From: Balamuthia mandrillaris
Lineage: Eukaryota
DNA length: 64,000 nucleotides
Reading direction: 5' to 3'
Assembly: GCA_031835245.2 (NCBI GenBank)
Contig: JAVKOQ020000006.1
Span: forward strand, 62,001 to 126,000
Under the pieces are notes generated by a model. That model saw only the letters and a program-made list of their open reading frames with translations. It ran no database searches and was not told where the DNA came from. Shown in pieces: positions 31,560 through 43,435 of the stretch; positions within the stretch are counted from its first letter, which is position 1, and each line of letters begins with the position of its first letter. The position numbers and the translations under genes were made by a program.

Positions 31560-32219
31560 CTAAAAGGCGAAGCCTTTGTCGGTGGTCCTCCCTTGTACCC
31601 TCTTGTTCGAAGGATTCACTATCAACACACACTTCTCGCAGTAGGGCTTCGCTTCATGTTCGTAATACTTTCCAGAGGCTAACCTCGTGCCGCAGCCTTT
31701 TTTGTTTTTTGTTTCAATGGTGGTGGTGGTCAACAAACACACGAAACGAACAGAAGACAAAGAAGAACAGAACAGAAAAGAAGAAGAAAAGAACGAAGAG
31801 CAGAAAGAGCCATGCCGTACGTTTACAATCAAAGCATGACGGATGCCACTTCTTGCCACAGGCATCGATACAGCCGGATGTGATGAACTTTGTGCAGACG
31901 CAGCAGGTGAACGTTTGTGTGTTTTCAGAGTGGCCCGGTTGGTACGCTTGACCCGTGCTTTGTTTGTTTTCAGGTTTTTTTTGCTGCTTGTTCAGTGTCT
32001 GGAACGAGTTGCAGAAACGACAAGGGAGAAGAGAGAAAACGCGAAAGAAAGAAGGACGTACTAACGACCGCCTTCTCCGAGCTTTGTGGGAGTAGCGCTG
32101 AGAGTCGATCTGTCAAAGCCGGAAGAGGAGTTGACCTCCGTTTGGAGAGAGATTTGAGCGGGACTCTCTCTCTCGAAACCGTGTCCTGATCATTGCTGAC
32201 AATTTAGCCAAGAGAATGA

Positions 32220-32278
<59 letters not shown>

Positions 32279-33050
32279 CCTGTTGCTCTTTTCAAAGAGA
32301 GAATGTTCTGGACCACCTGGAAATGATAACAAGAGTTTCGCTGAGAGAAAGAAGAAAACGAGGCGGGAAGCAAAGAACGGAGAAGCAGGGAAAGAGGGAA
32401 AGAGAGAAAAGAGGTTTGCGCCAAAGGAATATACCTGAGCGAGGTCTTTGCTTTCATAGAGATCCACCGTCATGAAGTTTTCCCTGTCGGGAACGCCCAT
32501 GTCCCTGGTGGCGTTGATGTATGCCGCTATGTTCTCCATTTGCTTGAACGGCATGCTATCAAGATTTGCACGTCGCACAACAGAAAGAAAAGAAGGTGAT
32601 AAGATAAGCAAGCAAGAACGGCAACGCCAAGAAAGAAAGAAAAAGCTTTCGGGTGGTTGGCCACCAAAGATCTTACCTGGAAGTGTTTATCGTTCTGATG
32701 GTTCCGGGCTTCAACGCATTGACGAGTCTTTTTTTTTTCAAAGAGCAAAAAAATAAACATTGGATTCGCTCTCTTCTGCTCTCTTCTGCTCTCTCATCTC
32801 TCTCAGCTCTTCTCTCCCTTCTGCTCTCTTCTGCTCTCTCATCTCTCTCAGCTCTTCTCTCTCTTCTGCTCTCTTCTGCTCTCTTCTGCTCTCTGCTCTC
32901 TGTTGTGGTCGCTGCGCTGACGTACTTGCACAACAACACGCCGCTCTTGAGCGCCTCCACAAAGTCTTCCGAGGCGAACTGTTCTCCAGTCACGCTTTCT
33001 ATCCACTGACGGGCCTCGGCCGCTCGCTTGGGATCGAATTCCTTGGGCAT
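31560..33050 (-). CDS. Calponin-type CH domain plus C-terminal LIM domain protein, multi-exon
   Basis: ARQWIESVTG...LKSGVLLCK|LVNALKPG...PFKQMENIAAYI...FMTVDLYESKDLAQ. LIM: CCVCTKFI...ACGKKWHPSCFDCKR|CGTRL...KPYCEKC. Confidence 0.88.
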
Positions 33051-34485
33051 CTGCGTTGGCTCTCTCTCTCTTTCCTCCCGTTATCGCTGATTAGTTTTTT
33101 CTATAATAAAAATTATTGTTGTTGTAACATAAAATATTCCAACGCAATATAAGCTTTGAATTCTTATTGGACGTAAAATTCAAATCTCCAATAGAAATTC
33201 AGAACAGCATTACTTGTTTTGCTCTCCGCCGATAGGAACAGATGTGATGGAGGCGCTGCCTTGTGGACCCTTAGAACACAACGCAGGGATGAGCTGCACT
33301 ACAGTATGGCCTTCTACAAACAGAAAGATGAAGGATCAAGTTGGCCTGCATGAGCGAAGAGAACGACGAAGAGAGGGATAGGAGCGATGAAGTGGTAAGC
33401 GACGAAGAGAAAAAGGACGGTGAGAAGACAAGAGGCAAAACACTTCAAAAAGTGGTTGAAGAACGCAAGAGAAGAACACCCAAAACCATTTGCGCAAACA
33501 AGACTCCTTCAAAGTACGCAATGAACACCGCTGGAGGCCATCGTAACCACAAGACGTACAGTTGTCAGCTTGGTGCCTTGAAGTTATTGCAGATTTTGCT
33601 ATCCTTCTTCTCGCGCCTGTTGAATAGCATTACCAATTTTGAGCTTGTGTTGATGTGTTGCTGTGTCTGCCCTTCCTTTGAATGGCGGTCAATCACTTCC
33701 CCTTTTTGGAGTTTCGTAGGGGATCGTACGTTGCACCGTGTTGAGCTATGGAATACGAAAACCATGAAGGTTTGGCCTCGATGAATGTGAACTCAGTTGA
33801 GACGTAGAACCGCTTTCAAGCAAAGGGGCCAGCATGTTGTCTTCCCTGCGATCCTTAGCTCCTTCTCATGGAAAGAGCCTGGCTGTTCCGGGTAGTTCTC
33901 GACCAGGTCGGATATCCAACCTTCTCTTGCCACGACGGAAACTAAGCAATAATTTTCTGCTCAACCGGACACTCTTGTCTCCTATCTTTTCATCACGACC
34001 CAGAGCAGCCAAACACTCTACGATCAAGAGAAGAGAAGAAGGACACCCCAGACGAACAGTTATAAGCACCTGAAGTTCTGTTCGATCGAGCAGGTCTGCG
34101 CTGTGGTTCCCGAGGTCAGCAAGTATCCCTTCCAGGAGAAGCCGAAACCTCCCACTTCTGAAAAACAAACCCGTAAGAACGCGATCCACAAAATATAGGT
34201 TTCAACTATTCGCATTCAATACCTCTCGTGTCGCACAATATCTCTAGATCTTTTGTGCTTTCTTCTCACCATTAGAATAATGTTTCACCTATCACGTTTT
34301 GTAACAGAGAGAATGAGAGAAAAGAGAGCAGGAAGAAACACGAAAGAGAAAAAGAGCAACTAGAAGAACGCCAAGCAAGTCCGTATTTAATGACGAAAGA
34401 ATGCTAAAAATTGCCGATTGTTGTAACATATTTCTGGGAAGATACACTTTACAATAAAACAAAAAAAAAAAACAATAAACAGATG

Positions 34486-35917
34486 CTACAGATCATCAAG
34501 GCCATCATCTTCGGCAATGGTGGCATCAGCAGTGGTGATGGCCGTGTTGGCTTTCTTCTTGGACTGCAGCGATCGAACAAGGAAGTAAAAGCGAGTACCA
34601 AACACGCAGGCCAAAACGATGAATACGTGCCACCAAATGCCAATCCCTAAGACGAGGACCCATGCGCTGGGAGTGTCTTGAACGGCAAATAGGATGCCAA
34701 TGAAGATGACGGTGGAGGCGCACAACAGCCCAACGCTCATCGAGAGGAACGTAGACTCGCTCCACATCACCGGAATGAAGTAGATGCGTATTGCTCCAAT
34801 AACCGCTGAGTTTAAAGAAGAACACCAAAGCATAAGTCAAAAGCTAAGAGAGAGAGAGAGAGAGAGAGAGCTGAGAGAAATCTGAACCAGCAATTAGGAG
34901 AATGCCAACAAGTCCAATTTGGAAGCCAGCCCAAACCATATGACCGTCCTCCGATTCACATCTCTCATAGACTTCACCGTCGGTCTCAGTGTCTGTCAGG
35001 GTTGGTATCGGTGCATCAATGCTACTCCATAAAATCAAGAACAGCTGTTTGACACAAGAATAGCAAAGAAAGCCAGAGCAGAAGCGTGAAATAAACAAGT
35101 TAGCTTCAAAAAAAAAAAAAAAGAAAAAACTGCGTATATGGAAAGTTGAGAAAATTACCAGTTCGACAATCATTACTACAGCGAGTACAGCGCCCATTAC
35201 GAACCATGAGTTTCGCAAATAGAGCAAGTCAGAACGTTCGTTCTTCTTTCGTCTTTGTTGTTGGAACCAAATGGCATATATCTTCCCTGTCAACAAACTT
35301 CATACATACCGTTTTAGTTAAAATATGAAACAAAAGGATTAAGGATTAAGGAAGAAGTACCCCACGACCATAAAGTAAGCAACCATCATCCAAGGTCTAG
35401 CAGCACAACTGGAGTCGGAGGGATCATCCAAGAACGGATAGATGGTGAAACAAGCCAAAAACAATAACACCAGCAACAAAAGATTGTAGACACGGCCTGT
35501 GTTGCGCACCACTTTCTTGTTGATGAAGGCTGAGAAGACGATAAAGAATACGAAGGCAAAGAAAGCTGCTGTCATGAGAAGAACCACAACAGTTATTGTT
35601 TCTGATTCGTCGTATGAAGGATATACGAAGGTAGCTGTTTTTGTTTACGTAGTTAGTTTGTTATTTTGAACAGGAAATGATAAACAAAGAAAGCAAAAGT
35701 GGAAAAGAAAGATCAGAGGATAACGCACGAGGTTCAAAAGGAACTCCTTCAAAGTAAAGCTCCCAACCAGAACCTATAGTGTCAGCATCCGCTTTAAAAG
35801 TAACAAGCATTTTTCCTCCTTTATTTTACAAAAACAGCAAAACAGATATATGAAAAAATCGATAGGTTAAAATAATAAAAGGAAGACGAGATTGAAAGAG
35901 CCAAGAGAGCGAGGAAT

Positions 35918-35956
<39 letters not shown>

Positions 35957-38022
35957 AAACCGTTGCAACGGCCAGCAGGGGGCGTTTGGTTGAATCCTGA
36001 ATAACTAAGAAGGAGAGGGCTATCACTGGTATCCAACCCACCATAAACGGAGACTTGGTCGAAACGAAACTCGATGTCGAAGTGAGTGAAGTTGAAAAAT
36101 ATGTACTCATAAATACTTTCATCCAACTCGATGACCCACTGGCAATCCATGTTTATACGGTAGGGTCGACTGCCGCTTCCATCCACCAAAAGACCACTGG
36201 CACTGTTCAGTCTACTAGCACTTACACACCTTCCTGATATTATTTGTTAACGTTCAAAGCGAAAGAAAGAGGAAACAAGTGTAAAGTCGCACCAGCATGA
36301 TAGATAGCAGTGAAGCCTTGAGCAGTTGAACTTCCTCCAGAAAATACCAAGAAGAGTTCATCACCATCGTAGTTCAAGAACGGTGGCAATTTGTTGCCTT
36401 TCAGCACTTCTAACAAATCCGCATCTGCACTTGATCTATTCATACGTAGGGCACACGCGTAAAATGAATGCTAGTGAGTAAATGGATAAGGTGAAGCAAG
36501 AAGCAGGAGGAAGAACATAAACAACAAGCAAAACATGAAAAACAAGATAATACCCAGCATAGATACTGAGAGATGAACCAGAAGCAAGGTCGAATTCATT
36601 AAAGTATAAAGAGATAGATCCAACGGGCACTTCCGGCTTTATCAACCAACTACACTCAGTATTAGCTTCATAGTTTTCAACACCGCTCATGTCAGAGAAT
36701 GTAGCAGAAGAAGAGGTAAAAGTGGTCGTTCCAGAACAAAACGCTAAAACAAGCATAGGTTAGGAAAATATAACAACAGCAGGACAGGATAAAGAAATAG
36801 GGCAAAGAAGAACAACAAGAATGAAGAATGAAGAATAACAAGCAGTAGGAAGCAAAGAATGTAGATACCTCCAGAAGTGATGCTGTACTCGAACCGCCAC
36901 CCAGGTTCGTTAATAGTTTTATCATGACTGAACAAAAGGTAGAGCGCACCGCGAGTTCCAACAACAGTGCTGGACCTTCCTTCGTAGTCTGGCTCCTTCT
37001 CGACTTCGCCATCGCTCCAGCTTTCATTGGCTGCGGTAAGTGCTCCGGTAAATGCCTCGATGAGAGGATACGTTTCGTCAGGTCCGTTGTAGATGAATGC
37101 CCAGTCGAAGCCTGACTCAAGCACCAGTTGAGTGAATGTTACCGATACCCGAGCTGTTTCATCTCGGTTTGCTATTTGAAAAAAAGAAAGAGAAAGGGTG
37201 AGGATTAAAAACACATGCAAGGGAGGAAGAAAGGAAAGGAGGGCGAACCTGGAGCGATGAGATAACCACACTGTCTACGGTTGGCATAGGGGTTTTCAGG
37301 TCCGCTTCCATCCTCGATCCAACCATGCGCTTGTGTTAGTAGATGTATGCCGTGTGCACACGCTCCTAAACAAAAAAAGGGGGTTTTAAGAGAGAGAAAG
37401 AAATAGAAGAGAGAAAGAGAAGAGAACGAAAGAAGAGGAAGAGAATAATCAAGAGCAAGTAACCTGCTTGAAAGTAAACACCAAAGCTGGACCCCTGTTG
37501 CGTGCTTCCGGTTCTGAACACGACCAACATCTGTCCAATACCCTCCGTGACGGTCTTGATCGAAACCGGCACGTTGTCCTGCGTAAACTCACCCAACAAA
37601 GCCGCCGCGTTCTCCTCATCCCCCTCATAGACTTCCACCACGTCGCCCGCTTTGACGTTGAAGCTGTGAAAGTTGAGAAAGATGGTTCCGATAGGTTGAC
37701 GCTGTTCCTCGTCCCGTTGTGCTGGGTCGGGAGAGATCAGCCAACAACGTTCCGTGTTGGGAGGCACTTCACCAACGGTGCTCGAGGCCGGAATAACGTA
37801 GGTCAGGGAGCCTGGAGGAGGGCCTGGCACTTCCACCTGAGCAGCCGAGGACGTGGTGGAGGCAAAGTAACCCGCTGGAGCTGAAACTCGTATGCAACTT
37901 TGGGCATGAGCGAAGGAAGAGGAACTTGCGGAGAGGCAGAAGATGAGGAACGAGAAAAAAAGGTGAAGGGAAGGGGTCGGCCGTGCTAGCCGAAGAAACG
38001 GTAACTGCGTTGCTGCCTTCAT
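34486..38022 (-). CDS. Signal peptide, about four CUB domains and a family-C-like 7TM receptor, multi-exon
   Basis: CUB motifs: RCWLISP...IFLNFHSFNV, LESGFDWAFIYNG, NYEANTECSWLIKP...LYFNEFDL, YRINMDCQWVI...FDIEFRFDQVSVYGG. 7TM region has PSDSSCAARPW, an ECL2 RCES, and WSESTFLSMS resembling the 7tm_3 FNES motif. Confidence 0.78.
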
Positions 38023-38393
38023 TTTGTTAGCTAACAACGCACTCGCTGTAACAAAAGGGGGAAGACAGCCAAAATAACGAGAAACCAGAGAACAGGAGGC
38101 TGCGGGGAGAATAGCACGAGAGAGAGAGAGAAAACCCCCTGGCAACGGGTGTTTTGATTTGGTTTGGTCAAATCAAAAGCCACCCCTACCTTTAGATTTT
38201 AAGGAGGTGCTATCACGTGTGCATTACAATTCATTTCGGTTCCACCAATCAGGCGTTAGCATCTCAAATCACACCATGCAGATTTTCGGTTCAAGGAACG
38301 AATCCATCTTAATTATGAAATAAAAATAAACAAAAAACACTCTACAAAAGAACAAAGGAAACCCTAAGTCCGCGGTTGGTTTTTTTTTTTTGC

Positions 38394-39467
38394 TCAAGGA
38401 GCGGAACCTTCTTTGATGTCACAACCATCAATGTGTGATGGGCATGTAGGGATCAGTCCGTCGGTTACGCCCCAGTGGTGGAAACCAGCGGTGGAGTGGC
38501 CGGTGATCTTCTTGCAGGCGGTCGGAGTGTTGCCAGTGTAGATGTAGGAGTTGGCGCCCGCGTTGACAGCGTCGTACGTCAGATGTACAGACTGAGAGCC
38601 CTCCATGTTCCAGTCGCTGTCGGAGCAGGTGTGCTCACCTCCAGCGCAGTTTGCTGTGAACAAGGTGCCCCCCGGCGCAGTGACTGTCATGCCCCTGCAA
38701 GTATTAGCCCCGCTGGCAGTGCAGTTCATGATGCATCGACGGTAGGGTGCGCATTCCACCTCTATGTTTTGGCAGGAGGTGCCTGAACCGCTGCAGTCAA
38801 TCAGGCAACCGATAGGGAAGCTACCGGAAGGACGCCACTCAGGGCATTGAACAGTAGCGCTGGCGCAGTTTGTGCCCTGACAGTTCATGACGCAGAAGTG
38901 TTGGGTGCCCTTCTTGATGCAATAGCTGCATTGGGAAGGGCAATCGGTGCTGGAAGTATAGGTGGAAACATCTATGTCATCCACTGTTAGCCAACCGGAA
39001 CATCCTTTGCACAACGGGATCCATTGGGTCAGAACATGTGGCAAACAACAACAACAAAAGGAGAGAAGCAATACTGCAAAACTCAGCACAGTATTCGTAG
39101 TACTGGTACTTTCCCGGCTTGGCACAACAGGTCTCGCCCACCGCGCATGTGCCACCAAAAGCGCTGTTGCACTCGTCTTAGAAGGATAAACGCAGAACAC
39201 GGTTAGATATTTTGTACGAAAGAAATAACACCTCGGAGAAACTTACTGCAGGTTGTTTGGCATGTTTCTTCCAGATGGAGGAGGGTTCCGTTTGCAGCAA
39301 CATGAGCTGTTTTACACAAGGTTTCATTTGAGGCGCAGGTGATGGCTACCGCGTGCTGAGCGGCGCACAAGACAACTATTTCAAAAGAACAAGTTAAAAC
39401 AAGAAAGACAACAATGACAATCAGCCGTACCGGCTAGGAAAGTGAGAAGGGTAGTAGTGGTCCTCAT
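38394..39467 (-). CDS. Secreted Cys-rich protein with CxxxC.G..xC repeats, multi-exon
   Basis: Signal peptide MRTTTTLLTFLA|VVLCAAQHAVA. Repeats CVMNCQGTNC, CLIDCSGSGTSC, CIMNCTASGANTC, FTANCAGGEHTC. Confidence 0.7.
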
Positions 39468-40000
39468 TGTTTTTGTGGTTGTTATACAGAAGAAAGAAAT
39501 AAAAAATGAAAACCAAAGAAAGTTTTTAAACATCATGTTACGTTTATAAAAGGACAGGTCATTCAGTCATCTCCAAGCGATTGACGATGGTTGTCACCTT
39601 TCTTTTTAGGTCTTTTCTTTTTTCAACTCGCACACGGCTGCCCAATAGGAACAACAACAATAGATGAGCTTTACCTTTTGTCCGCCAATGCCATCTCCCG
39701 TTCTCTGAAGTCATCCAAACCTGGCAGCTGTCCAGCAACATCACAAAGCTAACCGAACGTCACACCATATCAAGAAATGGACACGTAATTCCAAACTTGG
39801 AAGTGGGTGACCAATGGCGCTGTGCCTTTCCGGTGAGATGTTCTCTATAACAGTGAGATCCTCCTTATCTGGGCAATTGATTGACGACCCATCTGTCAAA
39901 TAAGGTCAAGTTATTCATCCAAAGTTTCCTCTAAATAATAATATAATGGTTGGTTCTCTTGTTCATTGTTTCACACATCAACAACAACACCAACACCAAC

Positions 40001-41251
40001 ATGAAAACACTTGCAACTTTACTTGCTCTAGCCGTTGCTGCTTCTCTCGTGGCCGCGGTCCCGAGCGACTACAGAGACTGCGGAAATATAGAATCCCCAC
40101 TTTGCGCCAAACGCTCCATTGCCTTCCACGACTATGACAGGATGGCGAATGTTTCTCGCGAAGATATTGGCCCCTGTCAGCCCACATGTACCAATTCAGA
40201 CAAATGCTTTATTCCTCGCGGCGTTCCTGACCGGATCTTCCATCCCAACGGGCTGGACGCAGGATATCCCATGTTCAGGGTGCCTTGTCCTGGCTGTACA
40301 CCGGGCGTGGACGACTACTATCCCGAATGGAGCGGTCCGACTGACCTCAGGGAGCGCTGTGAACTCGGTCCCAACTGTATTCCTCATTACGTTTTGCCTT
40401 GTGACCCCAAGAGTGAGTTGTGCGAGCTGCGAGTCATCGGCAAGAACGTGCCCTGTGTGACTGGCCCTAACTGCGTGTGGCACTTCAAAAACAGCAAAGG
40501 ACACAACCCTAACATACCTGGCAACGAGGCGATGAAACCAGCCCATTGTGACCCGGCGACCGATCTTTCCTGCGAGTGGCTCTCGTTCAGCAATCCAGAG
40601 TCAACCATAGGAGAGGCCTGGTCTGGTCACGGTTGCCGCATCACTTGTCACGACAAGGGCACGTGCCTTGAGGAGGAGGGGTCCCTGATGGCGAGGTCTC
40701 AGCAGGCTGATGTCAACCCTCGTTCCAACTTCGATCAGTCCCTCACCAACATTAAGTTCTTCCATGACAATAGACGAGTTGATACCATTAGCGGAAGAAC
40801 GGCTGGCGAGCGTGCCAACGACTTTATCTGGTTCTGGCTGGAGATGACTGGGAATGGCATTCCTGCTCCTATTCCTTCCATGTACCTATGGGATGGTCCT
40901 CACTGGAGCGGAAGGCTCATGCGACACATAGTGATGGCTGTTCCTCCTCTTCCTTGTTGCCGTGGCCTTGAGATGAACGGTATCCCCCAGTGCGTGCGTC
41001 CCAACTGTAAATCGGCCTGCTACGTTGGGTGGAACTGCACTCCTGCCCTCGCCGATCCCGAAGAAGACGGACACTGGTGTGACCTCCATCAAAACCTGGG
41101 CCACAACCACAGAACCGAATGGGATGGCCACAACTTGAGCGTTGGGGTCACATACGTCAAGTGCCCGAAGATATGGGGTGATGTAATCATCTGCGACCAC
41201 CCCGACCACGAGTGGTGCTGGCATGAGGACTACATCCAGTATGCGTTGTAA
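40001..41251 (+). CDS. Intronless secreted Cys/Pro/Trp-rich protein of unknown family
   Basis: Signal peptide MKTLATLLALAVAASLVAA, a 416-aa open frame rich in Cys, and AATAAA shortly after the stop. Confidence 0.85.
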   Translation: MKTLATLLALAVAASLVAAVPSDYRDCGNIESPLCAKRSIAFHDYDRMANVSREDIGPCQPTCTNSDKCFIPRGVPDRIFHPNGLDAGYPMFRVPCPGCTPGVDDYYPEWSGPTDLRERCELGPNCIPHYVLPCDPKSELCELRVIGKNVPCVTGPNCVWHFKNSKGHNPNIPGNEAMKPAHCDPATDLSCEWLSFSNPESTIGEAWSGHGCRITCHDKGTCLEEEGSLMARSQQADVNPRSNFDQSLTNIKFFHDNRRVDTISGRTAGERANDFIWFWLEMTGNGIPAPIPSMYLWDGPHWSGRLMRHIVMAVPPLPCCRGLEMNGIPQCVRPNCKSACYVGWNCTPALADPEEDGHWCDLHQNLGHNHRTEWDGHNLSVGVTYVKCPKIWGDVIICDHPDHEWCWHEDYIQYAL

Positions 41252-41566
41252 CACTTAACATTTCTTGTGTTTATTTTTCTATCAATAAAATTATATCTCG
41301 TTTATTTTAGTTTGTTATTTACGTGCAACGCATGTTCTCAGATCGCATAACGGAGTTGGGAAAGAGATAAAAGAGATGGAAAACAACGGGAGAACTTGCT
41401 TACATCCGCAGCAAAACACTGCACTAGAATGAGTGAATCGAAGAAAGAGCTTGTAACGAACGACAAGATAGCTCGAACGCAAGAAAACCGCGCAGAGAAG
41501 ACAACGAGGCACAGAAAGAAACGCTAACTGGGAGCCACCAAAAAAACAATTTTGACAAGACACGGA

Positions 41567-41617
<51 letters not shown>

Positions 41618-41687
41618 GGAACAGATGGAAGAGGATATAAACTTTACAATCAGAAAAACGGCAAACATAGAGGACTGAATTCCATTT

Positions 41688-43008
41688 TTACACAATAACA
41701 GAAGAGATGTAGGACTCCAAAGAGGACAGACTGACAGCAACCCTGTCCTTGAACTTCATTACCGTTTCCTGCCAATGGACCCGCAGCGCCATGGTGGATA
41801 TAACCAGGGCATCTCGGCTGCGAGGCTGCGGTTGGTTGTTAATTGGGGTAGTTATTTTCACCGACATGACACGATTCGAGTCGATGAAGTCTGATGACGG
41901 ATCCCAAGCGGAAAAGAAATATAAGAATGGAAGTCAGGCAGAAAAACCATGATGGGCACGCACCGGTTGAAGAAACGTCGGTTATCCATAATCCCCATTT
42001 CCCAGTTGCTCTCCAAACTTTATTTGTTCCAATGTTTATCCAACGGTGTCCTTGAAATCCTCAAGTTAGAAAGCAAAGCGAGATGGAGTGAAGGAACCTG
42101 AAGAAGGAAAGCATGAAGGTTTCATACCGTTTGAAAAATTTCCCACCTTTATCCTCCACAACTGCTCGGTTCTGCTATTTACAAGAGCGTAAATCATCAA
42201 CTGCATATATCCGATATCCTCTGCATCAACCCAGTCAGGAAGGAAAAACTTAAATAAAGAAGCATGCTCGTTGGAATCATCTGGCTCAAGGCGAACCTGC
42301 GCATAAAGAAGTCAGTAAAAGCTTTTGTACCGACCGAACAAGAAATCATACTGTTTGTTCGGCACCCGGTACGCCATAGGGCCACTCTGCCAGTATTCCT
42401 TGATTCCCTTCAACTGTGCCCCTGAACGCCTTCATTCGCGAAGGGAAAAACAAAGAATAATCTTCGTCGTAAGGAGAGCCGAACAATGCAGCGTCATTTA
42501 TGGCGTAAGCGGTACACTTTCCTTGTTCTGTCTCCTCTATTGTAATATAGTGATACACGGTTGTCATCTGAACAGGATGAAAAAGAAAGGTTCGCTGTTT
42601 ACCTTGAGACGCACAGAAGGGTTCGAAGCTTCCAACGCCAAGACAAGAGAGGTACTCGGCACATAGCTCATCTACCGCCTGACAAGTCCAGCGACAGGGT
42701 GATAGGTGGACTTCCTTCGTGTCGTTGTGGATACATCTGGGGCAAGAACGAGCACAGCCTAGAGATACCAATGATTCCAGGCAGGAGGAGAAGGCTAGGG
42801 GTCCACAATTGTTGCCTTCAGGGATGTCGCGCAAGAGTTGCAGTCTCAGAGTGTTGGGACTGTTTGCCGTTTCACAAGCATCAAAGGAAGAAGCAGCGAT
42901 GGGATGGAGGGGCAGGCGACAAACCCGCGAAGCAGGAGGAGCCCCACACCCCAAAGCGAGTCCGCCCAACGCAAGAAAAATAAAAAGGTGTCCCAGAGTT
43001 ATCATCAT
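41688..43008 (-). CDS. Secreted protein with a Frizzled/CRD-like Cys domain and a beta-rich C-terminal domain, paralogue of 50123-51049, multi-exon
   Basis: Signal peptide, then LGCARSCPRC...SPCRWTCQAVDELC...FCASQ|EETEQGKCTA. Spliced continuation VRLEPDDSNEHASLFKFFLP...EQLWRIKVGNF. The 3' end is approximate. Confidence 0.7.
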
Positions 43009-43435
43009 TGTCGCTCAACCGTGATGAAGAAAAGCGTCTCGAACGGAAGTAAGCATAACACATATCGAAGGACAAACAGAATTCCGTTGTCCACGTTTGT
43101 CCGTCTTCCATGGACCGACGCTCGTCGTCACTCAATCGGCATGTCATAAAAAAGCAAGATGGGAATTTTTCGTCGACATAATTTTCCCTTTTTGGATAAA
43201 CAATTGAGTCGGTGTGCCTTATCCGCGACGTGTGCCTCTTCGATGAGATGCATTACAACAGCAATCCAAACAGCATTGCAAAAACGTCGACGAAGAACAG
43301 AGGAATCTGGATGAGCTGGCCACAGCTTGTGTGGAAGCAACGCAATGCTTATTGCCTCAGCTCTTTGTCTTTTTTTCTTCGTCCTTCTGAGGCATAGTTT
43401 GCGAATGATATAGATACATTTCGTGTTTTTTTTTA

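Noticed and set aside
32768..32900. Short tandem duplication in the CH-LIM first intron
   Set aside because: A low-complexity CT-rich slippage product with no sign of function.
33200..34400. Coding-like minus-strand region with intron-like tracts
   Set aside because: The frames are interrupted and I recognise no family. It may be a decayed gene, but no call can be supported.
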